Assembly (NCBI GenBank): GCA_964606975.1
Contig: CAZSGY010000006.1
Coordinates: 24,814 to 88,813 of the forward strand
Direction: 5' to 3'
Source: an uncultured Gammaproteobacteria bacterium
GTDB taxonomy: Bacteria; Patescibacteriota; Microgenomatia; UBA8517
Length of the DNA: 64,000 bases
The translations under genes were made by a program, and so were the position numbers. Below, in pieces: positions 11,079 through 19,697 of this stretch (within the stretch, counting starts at the first letter, position 1; every line of letters begins with the position of its first letter). The notes beneath the pieces are model-generated. The model ran no database searches, had not been told where the DNA came from, and saw nothing but the letters and a program-made list of their open reading frames with translations.

Positions 11079-11124
11079 AATGCCTGTTCGACTCGTGAGA
11101 GCCGGATCTGGGTTCACAACAAGC

Positions 11125-11904
11125 ATGATTAATACTATTTTAGGTTCGAAAGGTGTAAATAGTCAGACCTTTGTACAAGGGTTTAGGATTCCCGTTACCA
11201 AAGTAATGGCGGGACCTTGTGTCGTGACTCAAATTAAAAAAGTCGAAAAAGACGGTTACTACGCAGTCCAACTAGGTTTTTCCTCAAAGAAATCAAAAAA
11301 CACCTCAAAATCACTCCAGGGACATTTAAAAGAAACAGCAAAGGAACAAAAATTTCCAAAAGTTTTAAGAGAAATCAGGTTGGATAAAGAGCCGGAATTT
11401 AAAGTTGGCGATGTTATCAAAGTATCCGAGGTTTTGAAGCGCGGAGATATTATCGCTGTAACCGGAATTTCTAAAGGAAAAGGATTTGCCGGTGTTGTTA
11501 AAAAGCACCATTTTAAGGGAGGACCCAGGACACACGGACAGAGCGATCGTGAAAGGGCTCCGGGATCAATCGGGCAAACAACCACTCCGGGTAGAGTTTA
11601 CAAAGGCAAAAAAATGGCCGGAAGAATGGGGACAGAACAAGTAACTATTAAAAATTTGCACATTATTTCGGTAAATGAAGAAACCGGTGAGATCGAAATT
11701 TCCGGACAAGTTCCCGGAATAACAGGCGCGATTTTAACAATCAGGAAGATTAAATCCGGAAGCTTAAAAGATTTGGAGAAGGAAACAGTAGCTCAAGTGG
11801 TTGAGGGTGAAGCCCCTGCAGAAGGTCAGGCTGTAGCTGAAGAAAAGGCCGGGGAACCGGCAAAACCGGAAGAAGCTAAACCTGAACAACAGGCACAAGC
11901 ATAA
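11125..11904 (+). CDS. rplC: 50S ribosomal protein L3 (uL3) with Ala/Pro/Glu-rich C-terminal tail
   Basis: MINTILGSKGVNSQTF...PCVVTQIK..DGYYAVQLGF; ORF-track start 11080 trimmed to ATG 11125. Confidence 0.92.
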   Translation: MINTILGSKGVNSQTFVQGFRIPVTKVMAGPCVVTQIKKVEKDGYYAVQLGFSSKKSKNTSKSLQGHLKETAKEQKFPKVLREIRLDKEPEFKVGDVIKVSEVLKRGDIIAVTGISKGKGFAGVVKKHHFKGGPRTHGQSDRERAPGSIGQTTTPGRVYKGKKMAGRMGTEQVTIKNLHIISVNEETGEIEISGQVPGITGAILTIRKIKSGSLKDLEKETVAQVVEGEAPAEGQAVAEEKAGEPAKPEEAKPEQQAQA

Positions 11905-11927
11905 ACAGAGTTTTTTAAGATAAAAAT

Positions 11928-12611
11928 ATGAAAGTACAAACATTCACATCTAAAGGTACCAAGATAGAAGACACAAATTTGCCTAAGGAGTTTAGTGTAA
12001 AAGTAAACTTACCTCTTTTAGCACAGGCTTTGTATGTTTACGAGGAAAGAAGCCATGTGGGTTTGAGGAAGACTAAAACAAGAGCTGAGGTTTTGAGAAC
12101 AACCAAGAAACTCTACAGACAAAAAGGAACTGGTGGTGCCAGGCATGGTAGCCGCAGAGCCCCCATTTTTGTCGGTGGCGGAGTTGCCTTGGGACCAAGG
12201 CCGGTCAGAAGAGTCTTGAATCTGACCAACGACATTAAAAGTAAAGCCAAATTTATGGCTTTCGCATTAAAAGCCAATGAAGGAAAACTGATTTTTGTTT
12301 CCGGAATTTCCAAATTAGAAAAAACCAAAGCCGCAGGCGAACTTGTCGATGCCTTAAAAAAGGCGGTCAAAGCCAAGAGATTTACTTTTATTTTAGCCAA
12401 CAATGCCTCAGGCAGCATTAAAGTTTTACGAAACTTGGTTGATGCCTCCTGTCTTCTCTACAAGGACGTTAGCGCCCTGGATATTTATAGGGGTGGAACA
12501 ATAATTATGGATGAGGAAATCTTTGCTGAAAATAAAGTCAGCGGGAGTAAAGAAGCAACCAAGAAAGCAAAAACAGTTAAGAAAGTCGCAAAAAAGGAAA
12601 TTAAGAAATAA
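11928..12611 (+). CDS. rplD: 50S ribosomal protein L4 (uL4)
   Basis: ...KGTGGARHGSRRAPIFVGGGVALGPRP... L4 signature. Confidence 0.95.
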   Translation: MKVQTFTSKGTKIEDTNLPKEFSVKVNLPLLAQALYVYEERSHVGLRKTKTRAEVLRTTKKLYRQKGTGGARHGSRRAPIFVGGGVALGPRPVRRVLNLTNDIKSKAKFMAFALKANEGKLIFVSGISKLEKTKAAGELVDALKKAVKAKRFTFILANNASGSIKVLRNLVDASCLLYKDVSALDIYRGGTIIMDEEIFAENKVSGSKEATKKAKTVKKVAKKEIKK

Positions 12612-12613
12612 CC

Positions 12614-12889
12614 ATGTTAAAACCGATTTTTACAGAAAAAAGTCTAAGAGAAGCCAAGAACGGAAATTACACCTTTCAGGTTTCGGTAGGCATGGATAAA
12701 AAACAAATAGCTGCCAAAATTACCCAACTATTTGGCGTAAAAGTAATTGATGTAAGAACCATGAAGGTCGGACCGGAAAAAGGTAGAAACGCCCGCGGTA
12801 GGAATTTTTCTATTCAGGCCGTTAAAAAAGCTGTAATCACACTTAAAAGCGGGGACAAGATTGATGTTTTCGAAGAAAGCAAAAAATAA
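12614..12889 (+). CDS. rplW: 50S ribosomal protein L23 (uL23)
   Basis: KPIFTEKSL...YTFQVSVGMDKKQIAAKITQLFGVKV. Confidence 0.93.
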   Translation: MLKPIFTEKSLREAKNGNYTFQVSVGMDKKQIAAKITQLFGVKVIDVRTMKVGPEKGRNARGRNFSIQAVKKAVITLKSGDKIDVFEESKK

Positions 12890-12896
12890 TTAATTT

Positions 12897-13670
12897 ATGA
12901 AAACTTTAAAAAGCATATTATCTAAAAAATCAGGAAGGTCAAACGGACGTGTTACCGTCAGACACCAGGGTGGTCGTGAAAAAAGATTTTTGCGTGAAGT
13001 TGATTTTAGGCGCGACAAAAAGGATATTTGGGGAGTTGTTGAGAAGATTGAATACGATCCCAACAGAAACGCCGATATCGCGCTAGTTATTTACGAAGAC
13101 GGTGACAGACGTTATATCATTAGCCCGGTAGGCCTTAAAGTCGGATCTAAAGTAATTGCCTCCGATGTTGCCCCGACCGAAGCCGGTAATGCATTGCCTT
13201 TGAGGGTTATTCCCGTAGGAACCCCGGTTCACAATATTGAAATTACACACGGAAAAGGAGGCCAAATGGTCAAAGGTGCCGGAAATGTTGCGATGATATT
13301 CGGAAAAGAGGAAAATTTATCTACTGGAAAAACAGGTTGGGTTTTGGTTAAACTACCCTCTGGTGAAATAAGGAAGTTTGACCCTGAATGTGTGGCGGTA
13401 ATTGGCCAGATTGGGAACGTCAATGCAAAAAATAGAAAATTAGGAAAAGCAGGACGTGTTAGGCATATGGGTAAAAGGCCGCAAGTTCGCGGTGTGGCTA
13501 TGAATCCCCACTCCCATCCTCACGGAGGCGGAGAGGGTCGAAGCGGTGTTGGTATGAAGTATCCGAAGACTTTTTATGGAAGAAAAGCTGTTGGTAAAAC
13601 GAGAAACAAATCCCGTTACTCCAACCGCGTGATTGTTCAAAGAAGAGGAGGAAAATCAATTTTAGGTTAA
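12897..13670 (+). CDS. rplB: 50S ribosomal protein L2 (uL2)
   Basis: ...[13 protein letters not shown]... L2 signature. Confidence 0.97.
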   Translation: MKTLKSILSKKSGRSNGRVTVRHQGGREKRFLREVDFRRDKKDIWGVVEKIEYDPNRNADIALVIYEDGDRRYIISPVGLKVGSKVIASDVAPTEAGNALPLRVIPVGTPVHNIEITHGKGGQMVKGAGNVAMIFGKEENLSTGKTGWVLVKLPSGEIRKFDPECVAVIGQIGNVNAKNRKLGKAGRVRHMGKRPQVRGVAMNPHSHPHGGGEGRSGVGMKYPKTFYGRKAVGKTRNKSRYSNRVIVQRRGGKSILG

Positions 13671-13677
13671 AAATAAT

Positions 13678-13959
13678 ATGGCAAGAAGTTCTAAAAAAGG
13701 GCCGTTTGTAGACCCGATACTAGTCAAAAAAGTTGAAAAAGGAATGGGAGCCAAAGAAAGCCCCATTAAAACCTGGTCAAGGAGATCTCAGATCTCCCCG
13801 GATTTCGTCGGTAAGTATTTCCAGGTTCATAACGGACGTATATTTATTGATGTCTTTATTACTGAAGACATGGTCGGTCACAGACTTGGAGAATTTTCTC
13901 CGACCAGAACATTTAGGGGACATGGAGAAATCGTTAAGAGGACTATGGATAAGACCTAA
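13678..13959 (+). CDS. rpsS: 30S ribosomal protein S19 (uS19)
   Basis: [12 protein letters not shown]...[24 protein letters not shown]. Confidence 0.96.
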   Translation: MARSSKKGPFVDPILVKKVEKGMGAKESPIKTWSRRSQISPDFVGKYFQVHNGRIFIDVFITEDMVGHRLGEFSPTRTFRGHGEIVKRTMDKT

Positions 13960-13992
13960 GATTTTTTATCTGACGACGTAAAAACAAAAAAA

Positions 13993-14433
13993 ATGGAAAA
14001 ACAATTTATAGCAACACAAAAATATTTACTAATGAGCCCTAGAAAAATCAGGCTTGTTACTGCGCTTGTCAAGAAAATGAAACCGGCAGAAGCGGTCGAA
14101 AAACTGCCTTTTGTCCAAAAAAGAGCTGCTATCGAGGTTTCTAAAGTAATCAAAAATGCAATTGCTGCTGCTAAGTTTGCCGGGGTTTCTGAAACCGATC
14201 TTGTAATTAAAGAAATTCAGGTCAATGAAGGACCACGTCTTAAAAGAGGCAGAGCTGCAAGTCGTGGCATGTGGCACCCGTTTAAAAAGAGGATGGCACA
14301 TATCAGGGTTGTCTTGGCAACAAATGCTAAACCAGAAGTTCTGGATTCTAAACAAATAGAGAAAAAAGAAGATGAGGGCGCTAAAGAAGAAATCAAAAAA
14401 GTAGAGAAAAAAAGAAAGGAGGCAAAATCTTAA
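13993..14433 (+). CDS. rplV: 50S ribosomal protein L22 (uL22) with Lys/Glu-rich C-terminal extension
   Basis: SPRKIRLV..LV....EA...L..KAA; order in S10 operon. Confidence 0.9.
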   Translation: MEKQFIATQKYLLMSPRKIRLVTALVKKMKPAEAVEKLPFVQKRAAIEVSKVIKNAIAAAKFAGVSETDLVIKEIQVNEGPRLKRGRAASRGMWHPFKKRMAHIRVVLATNAKPEVLDSKQIEKKEDEGAKEEIKKVEKKRKEAKS

Positions 14434-14472
14434 TTTTCGGATTTAGATATTCGAATTTAGAATTTAATAAAA

Positions 14473-15126
14473 ATGGGACAAAAAGCTAATCCAATCGGAA
14501 TGAGAGTCGGAACCTTCCTACCTTGGAAATCAAGATGGTTTGCCGACTCCGCAAGTTTTAAGAATTTCTTGATCGAAGACATAAAAATCAGAGAAGAGCT
14601 AACCAAGAAACTTAAACTTGCAGGAGTTACCGGAGTCGAAATTGAAAGATTGCCCAAAAGCATGGTGGTTATCATCACGGTCAGCCGTCCGGGCGTAGTC
14701 ATCGGACATGGCGGAACCGGAATTGAAGACGTCAAGAAATTTATCCTGAAAATTATGAGCGATGTCAGAAAGAAAGCGGTCAAGGACATTAAAATTGATA
14801 TCAGAATTAATGAGGTAAAAAATCCCGAGCTTTCGGCATATTTAGTAGCAGATAGAATTGCCGGAGAGATGGAGAGAAGAATTCCTCATAGACGTGCAGT
14901 CCAAAAAGCCATTGAAAGAGTTATGGCCGGAGGGGCTCTTGGGATTAAAGTTGTTTTGGCAGGCCGTATTAACGGTGCTGAAATATCCCGCGTTGAAACT
15001 TTCCATGAGGGTTCTGTACCCGCACAAACGTTACGTGAGAATATCGATTATGCTCAAATCCCAGCTCTTTTAAAAAGAGGATATGTCGGGGTAAAAGTTT
15101 GGATACACAAAAAAGCTGAGGCCTAA
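14473..15126 (+). CDS. rpsC: 30S ribosomal protein S3 (uS3)
   Basis: MGQKANPIGMRVG... KH domain, S3 C-terminal domain. Confidence 0.97.
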   Translation: MGQKANPIGMRVGTFLPWKSRWFADSASFKNFLIEDIKIREELTKKLKLAGVTGVEIERLPKSMVVIITVSRPGVVIGHGGTGIEDVKKFILKIMSDVRKKAVKDIKIDIRINEVKNPELSAYLVADRIAGEMERRIPHRRAVQKAIERVMAGGALGIKVVLAGRINGAEISRVETFHEGSVPAQTLRENIDYAQIPALLKRGYVGVKVWIHKKAEA

Positions 15127-15142
15127 TTAGAAATTTATTGAT

Positions 15143-15556
15143 ATGTTACAACCGAAAAGAAGAAAATATATAAAAGATTTTAGAGGCAGACGTAAGGGTC
15201 CTGCTACCCGCGGGAACAGCATTGCCTTTGGTGATTATGGAATGAAAGCTCAAGAGGTTGCCTGGATCACTTCCGCTCAAATCGAAGCAGCCAGGCGCAC
15301 CATTACCCATTCTCTGAAAAGAGGGGGAAAGGTCTGGGTAAGAGTCTTTCCCGATAAACCCATTACCAGCCGTCCGGCAGGAAAAAGAATGGGTGGAGGA
15401 AAGGGCGACATCTCAACTTATGTTGCAGTTGTCAAACCCGGATTGATACTTTTTGAGGTGGCAGGTGCCGATCCGGCGGCCATTAAAGAAGCTTTCAGAA
15501 AAGCTTCTGCGAAGTTACCGATTGATATCAAAGTTGTCAGCAGGATTGAAGAATAA
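15143..15556 (+). CDS. rplP: 50S ribosomal protein L16 (uL16)
   Basis: MLQPKRRKY..FRGRRKG...RMGGGKG. Confidence 0.97.
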   Translation: MLQPKRRKYIKDFRGRRKGPATRGNSIAFGDYGMKAQEVAWITSAQIEAARRTITHSLKRGGKVWVRVFPDKPITSRPAGKRMGGGKGDISTYVAVVKPGLILFEVAGADPAAIKEAFRKASAKLPIDIKVVSRIEE

Positions 15557-15564
15557 TTTTAAAA

Positions 15565-15816
15565 ATGAAAAGAAAAGAATTTAAAGAATTAAGATCGAAA
15601 ACGGCCAAGGAGTTAAGGAAAATTGTTATGGACAAAAAAGTCGAGGCTGAAAAAGCAAAAATGAAAATTTTAAGCGGGAAAGAGAAGAATCTTAAAGTGG
15701 CCAGGAATTTCCGATCCGAAATTGCTAAAATACTAACCTTGGCCAGAGAAAAAGACATCATCGAGAGTTTGGAGAAAAAAGTCGAGATTAAAGAAAAAGG
15801 AAAGGAGAACGCCTAA
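15565..15816 (+). CDS. rpmC: 50S ribosomal protein L29 (uL29)
   Basis: KELRSKTAKELRKIV...; position between rplP and rpsQ. Confidence 0.85.
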   Translation: MKRKEFKELRSKTAKELRKIVMDKKVEAEKAKMKILSGKEKNLKVARNFRSEIAKILTLAREKDIIESLEKKVEIKEKGKENA

Positions 15817-15847
15817 AATCACCATAGGGGGTGAGCGTAATCAAATT

Positions 15848-16093
15848 ATGAAAGTATTTACCGGAAAAGTAGTAGGTTTGCAGGATAAAACTGCAACTGT
15901 TGAAGTGGAGAGAGTTAAAATCCACCCTCTTTACAAAAAGAGATTTAAAAGGTCAACCAAATATCATGTTCAGGACGAAACCGGAGTCAAGGTTGGGGAT
16001 ATGGTTAAGTTTGCAGATTCCCGGCCATACTCGAAGTCTAAAAAGTGGAAGATATTGCAGGTTCGTGGAAATAAAAAGGAGGCAAAGAAATGA
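15848..16093 (+). CDS. rpsQ: 30S ribosomal protein S17 (uS17)
   Basis: GKVVGLQDKTATVEVERVKIHPLYKKR... S17 signature. Confidence 0.95.
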   Translation: MKVFTGKVVGLQDKTATVEVERVKIHPLYKKRFKRSTKYHVQDETGVKVGDMVKFADSRPYSKSKKWKILQVRGNKKEAKK

Positions 16094-16455
16094 TACAACT
16101 GAGAACTATGTTAATTCCGGCAGACAATAGCGGCGCCAAGCGCATCCAGGTGATCGGTGTTCCCGGTAGAGTTGGCAGATTTGCAACTTTAGGGGATGTC
16201 GTTTTGGGAGTAGTCAAAAGTGCAGATCCGGCCGGGATTGTGACAGATCACGAAAAAGTGAAGGTGTTAATAGTCCGTACACACAAAGAGGTTAGGAGAA
16301 AAGACGGAAGCTATATCAGATTTGATGACAACGCAGGTGTGGTTATCGACAAACAGGGATTGCCCAGAGGCACCAGAATTTTAGGACCGGTTGCTCGTGA
16401 AGTTAAAGAAGCAGGCTATAACAAAATTGCGTCACTTGCCCGTGAAGTGGTTTAA
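16090..16455 (+). CDS. rplN: 50S ribosomal protein L14 (uL14)
   Basis: MIQLRTMLIPADNSGAKRIQVIGV... ; AAGGAGG Shine-Dalgarno present. Confidence 0.97.
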   Translation: MIQLRTMLIPADNSGAKRIQVIGVPGRVGRFATLGDVVLGVVKSADPAGIVTDHEKVKVLIVRTHKEVRRKDGSYIRFDDNAGVVIDKQGLPRGTRILGPVAREVKEAGYNKIASLAREVV

Positions 16456-16460
16456 AAAAT

Positions 16461-16775
16461 ATGTTGAAATTTAAAAAAGGAGATACAGTTAAAATAACAG
16501 CAGGTAAAGATAAAGGCAGGGAGGGTAAAATCGAAAAGATTTTGCCGGTTGAAAATAAAGCCATAATCCCCGGTGTTAATCTTTACAAAAAACACGTCAA
16601 AGGTTTCGGCGACGTTAAAGGCGGAATTTATGACATACCAAGGGCATTGGGTTTTGGCAAAATAGCTTTGGTTTGTCCGAAATGTAAGAAAATGACCAGA
16701 GTAGGATTTGGGTTTGCAGGCGAAGAGAAAGTCAGAATGTGTAAGAAGTGTGGAAAGGAAATAGATACCAAATGA
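16461..16775 (+). CDS. rplX: 50S ribosomal protein L24 (uL24) with C-terminal C4 zinc-ribbon extension
   Basis: KOW motif KKGDTVKITAGKDKGREGKI; C-terminus CPKC...CKKCG. Confidence 0.9.
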   Translation: MLKFKKGDTVKITAGKDKGREGKIEKILPVENKAIIPGVNLYKKHVKGFGDVKGGIYDIPRALGFGKIALVCPKCKKMTRVGFGFAGEEKVRMCKKCGKEIDTK

Positions 16776-17326
16776 TAAACAGATTACAGGAAAAATACGA
16801 AAAAGAAGTCAAGGCGGCCTTGATTAAGGAGTTTGATATAAAAAACACTTTCGCTGTTCCGAAAGTAGAGAAGGTTGTTGTCAACATGGGTGTTGGCAGT
16901 TTGTCCAAAAATCAGCAGGCCATGGATGCTTTGAAAAAAGATTTATCACTAATAACGGGACAATCCCCCTCGGTTAGGAATGCTAAAGTATCTATTGCCA
17001 GTTTCTCGCTTAGAGCCGGGATGCCCGTAGGACTTAGTGCCACTCTGAGAGGAGAAAGAATGTATTCTTTCCTGGATAGGTTGTTTTCAATAGTTTTGCC
17101 CAGACTTCGCGATTTCAGAGGGGTTTCTGATAAATCATTTGATAAAATGGGAAATTACACATTAGCTTTTTCCGAACACACTGTTTTTCCTGAAATAGAC
17201 TCGACCAAAAGCGCGAGTGCTCACGGTTTTGAAATAAGCATTGTTACAACGGCTAAGGATAAGGATACGTCAAAAAGACTTTTGGAGCTTTTGGGCATGC
17301 CTTTCGAGAAAGGAGAAACTAAATGA
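16772..17326 (+). CDS. rplE: 50S ribosomal protein L5 (uL5)
   Basis: [13 protein letters not shown]... L5 signature; start trimmed from ORF-track 16748 to ATG 16772. Confidence 0.95.
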   Translation: MINRLQEKYEKEVKAALIKEFDIKNTFAVPKVEKVVVNMGVGSLSKNQQAMDALKKDLSLITGQSPSVRNAKVSIASFSLRAGMPVGLSATLRGERMYSFLDRLFSIVLPRLRDFRGVSDKSFDKMGNYTLAFSEHTVFPEIDSTKSASAHGFEISIVTTAKDKDTSKRLLELLGMPFEKGETK

Positions 17327-17508
17327 GTACAACAGCCAAAGAAGTAAGGGAAACAAAAAAACTTAAATTTAAAGTCAGATACAGAAACAGGTGTAAAATC
17401 TGCGGAAGATCCCGCGGGTATATGCGCAAATACGGGCTTTGCCGACTCTGTTTTAGAGAACATGCCCTGAAAGGTGAAATCCCGGGTGTCAGAAAGGCAT
17501 CTTGGTAA
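17323..17508 (+). CDS. rpsN: 30S ribosomal protein S14 type Z (zinc-binding, uS14)
   Basis: 61 aa, CKICGRSRG...CRLCFRE. Confidence 0.96.
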   Translation: MSTTAKEVRETKKLKFKVRYRNRCKICGRSRGYMRKYGLCRLCFREHALKGEIPGVRKASW

Positions 17509-17517
17509 TATTGAAAA

Positions 17518-17919
17518 ATGAAAAATAATATGAAACAAACAACAACCAATTATTCGGTAGGAGACTTTTTAATCAGAATTAAAAATGTTGCCATGGCAGG
17601 AAATAAGCAGCTTACACTCCCCTCGAATAAAAAATTGGTTGCTATTGCAGAGGCTCTAAAGAAAATGGGCTTTATCGAAACGGTCAAAAATGAAAAGGGG
17701 ATATTGACTGTTACCCTAACTTTTAAAGACAAAAAACCCAGACTTATGGATTTGAAGCTTATTTCAAAGCCCGGTCTTAGGGTATATATGGGAGCAGACG
17801 AGTTGGAAAAAAAGAAAGGACCCTCCGTTTTTCTGATTTCGACACCAAAGGGGATGACGTCATCCATTAGGGCGATTAAGGAAAGAAGCGGAGGAGAAGT
17901 GATAGCAGAAATTTTATAA
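17518..17919 (+). CDS. rpsH: 30S ribosomal protein S8 (uS8)
   Basis: DFLIRIKNVAMAGNK... S8 signature. Confidence 0.95.
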   Translation: MKNNMKQTTTNYSVGDFLIRIKNVAMAGNKQLTLPSNKKLVAIAEALKKMGFIETVKNEKGILTVTLTFKDKKPRLMDLKLISKPGLRVYMGADELEKKKGPSVFLISTPKGMTSSIRAIKERSGGEVIAEIL

Positions 17920-17930
17920 TCTTAAAAGAT

Positions 17931-18485
17931 ATGTCAAAAATCGGTAAACAACCAGTCACATTACCAGCAGGAGTCACAGCAGAAGTCTCTGGCCATACAG
18001 TAACGATAGCAGGTCCGAAAGGAACAATGAAACGCCATTTTGCGCCGGAAATTGCCGTTGTCGTTGAAGATGGTAAAGTAGTTGTCAGCACAAGAGGATC
18101 GGGTAAATTTGTCATGTCCCTTTTTGGAACAACAAGAGCACTTATCAATAATGATGTAACCGGAGTTTCCACAGGTTGGAACAAACAACTAGAATTGGTA
18201 GGAACCGGTTTTAGGGCAGAAACTTCCGGGGGAGAACTGTCTTTGACAGTCGGTTTTTCCCATCCGGTTAAAATAAAAGCTCCGGAAGGAATTACTTTTA
18301 AAGTTGAGAAAAACATCGTTACAGTTGAAGGGCACGACAGAGAGCTTGTCGGACAGGTATCTGCAAATATCAGAGCAGTTAAGCCACCCGAACCTTATAA
18401 AGGAAAAGGAATTAAATATATTGATGAGGTTATCAGGCGCAAAGCCGGTAAAGCAGCAGCAGCCAAGACAGGCGGCGCGGCTTAA
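17931..18485 (+). CDS. rplF: 50S ribosomal protein L6 (uL6)
   Basis: MSKIGKQPVTLPAGV...; two L6 repeats. Confidence 0.95.
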   Translation: MSKIGKQPVTLPAGVTAEVSGHTVTIAGPKGTMKRHFAPEIAVVVEDGKVVVSTRGSGKFVMSLFGTTRALINNDVTGVSTGWNKQLELVGTGFRAETSGGELSLTVGFSHPVKIKAPEGITFKVEKNIVTVEGHDRELVGQVSANIRAVKPPEPYKGKGIKYIDEVIRRKAGKAAAAKTGGAA

Positions 18486-18496
18486 AAATTAAATTT

Positions 18497-18856
18497 ATGA
18501 AAATTTTAAAAATTAAAGCAAAAAGATACACACAGAGAAAAAACAGAGTTCGTGCTAAAATTATCGGCACAACCGAACGTCCGAGACTCTCTGTTTTTCG
18601 TTCTAATACTCATATTTACGGACAAATTATTGACGACATAAAAGGCAAGACTTTGGTAGCATTTTCCGATTTGGGGATTAAGGCAAAAGCCAAAGAAAGC
18701 AAAACTCAAATTGCGGCCAATGTCGGTGAAGAATTGGCCAAAAAAGCCATAGCCAAGAAAATAAAGAAAGTTGTTTTTGACAGAAACGGATTCAGATTCC
18801 ATGGCAGAGTTAAAGCCTTAGCCGACGGAGCCAGAAAAGGAGGGTTGGAGTTCTAA
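18497..18856 (+). CDS. rplR: 50S ribosomal protein L18 (uL18)
   Basis: RKNRVRAKI.GT.ERPRLSVFRSN.HIYGQIIDD. Confidence 0.95.
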   Translation: MKILKIKAKRYTQRKNRVRAKIIGTTERPRLSVFRSNTHIYGQIIDDIKGKTLVAFSDLGIKAKAKESKTQIAANVGEELAKKAIAKKIKKVVFDRNGFRFHGRVKALADGARKGGLEF

Positions 18857-18860
18857 GCAT

Positions 18861-19355
18861 ATGGGAAACTTTAATAGAAGATCAAACACAAATTATGACG
18901 GACCGCCCAAGGAATTTGAGGAAACAGTGGTTCAAATTAACCGTATTTCCAAAAAGACTAAAGGTGGAAACCAAATCAGATTTTCGGCGCTTGTTGTTGT
19001 CGGAGACAGAAAAGGAAAAGTCGGGGTAGGACTTGCCAAAGCCAAAGATGTCAGAAATGCCATCAGAAAATCAATTAGCGCTGCAAAAAGAAAATTAATT
19101 TTAGTTCCTTTGGTTGGTACAACCATCCCCTATTCGGTGAACGAAAAATTTTCGGCAGCCAAAATTTTACTTAAACCGGCCCCGCCCGGATCCGGTATTA
19201 TTGCAGGAGGCCCTATGAGGGTTGTTTTGGAAGCAGCCGGTATAAGAGACGCCGTAGGTAAGATTTTGGGAACCAAAAATAAAGTTTCCAATGTTTACGC
19301 AACGCTAAAAGCCTTGGATACTATCTCAGAAATGGTTAATACAAAAAGAAAATGA
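18861..19355 (+). CDS. rpsE: 30S ribosomal protein S5 (uS5)
   Basis: ...VVQINRISKKTKGGNQIRFSALVVVGDRKGKVGVGLAKAKDV... Confidence 0.96.
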   Translation: MGNFNRRSNTNYDGPPKEFEETVVQINRISKKTKGGNQIRFSALVVVGDRKGKVGVGLAKAKDVRNAIRKSISAAKRKLILVPLVGTTIPYSVNEKFSAAKILLKPAPPGSGIIAGGPMRVVLEAAGIRDAVGKILGTKNKVSNVYATLKALDTISEMVNTKRK

Positions 19356-19633
19356 ACACACAATTACCTAAAGTCATAGCGAAAAGCAAAAAAAGAGTCG
19401 GACGCGGAATGGGAAGTGGAAAAGGTTCCCATACCTCGGGCCGTGGACAAAAAGGACAAAAAAGTCGAGGCACAATCGGAGTTCTTTTTGAAGGAATGAA
19501 AATGAGAAAGTCATATCTTAAAAGACTTCCTTTAATGCGTGGAAAGGGAAAATTTCATCCAAAGAAGACCAGAAAACAAAAATACGTTGAGTTCAAAGCC
19601 AAAAAATCCGCCCCTAAGAAAGCTTCCAAATAA
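19352..19633 (+). CDS. rplO: 50S ribosomal protein L15 (uL15), short form lacking the C-terminal globular domain
   Basis: KRVGRGMGSGKGSHTSGRGQKGQKSRG...FEG N-terminal uL15 block, then Lys-rich tail; 93 aa versus ~145 typical; follows rpsE directly with no rpmD. Confidence 0.85.
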   Translation: MNTQLPKVIAKSKKRVGRGMGSGKGSHTSGRGQKGQKSRGTIGVLFEGMKMRKSYLKRLPLMRGKGKFHPKKTRKQKYVEFKAKKSAPKKASK

Positions 19634-19697
19634 AATTGTTAGAGAAGGGATTCCGCGTGTGGTTTCAGGATCAGATTTGGGATATAATCCTTATACA

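Noticed and set aside
12511-12699. 62-aa Lys/Arg-rich ORF overlapping the rplD 3' end and rplW start
   Set aside because: Alternate frame of the Lys-rich uL4 tail; low complexity; no room between translationally coupled genes.
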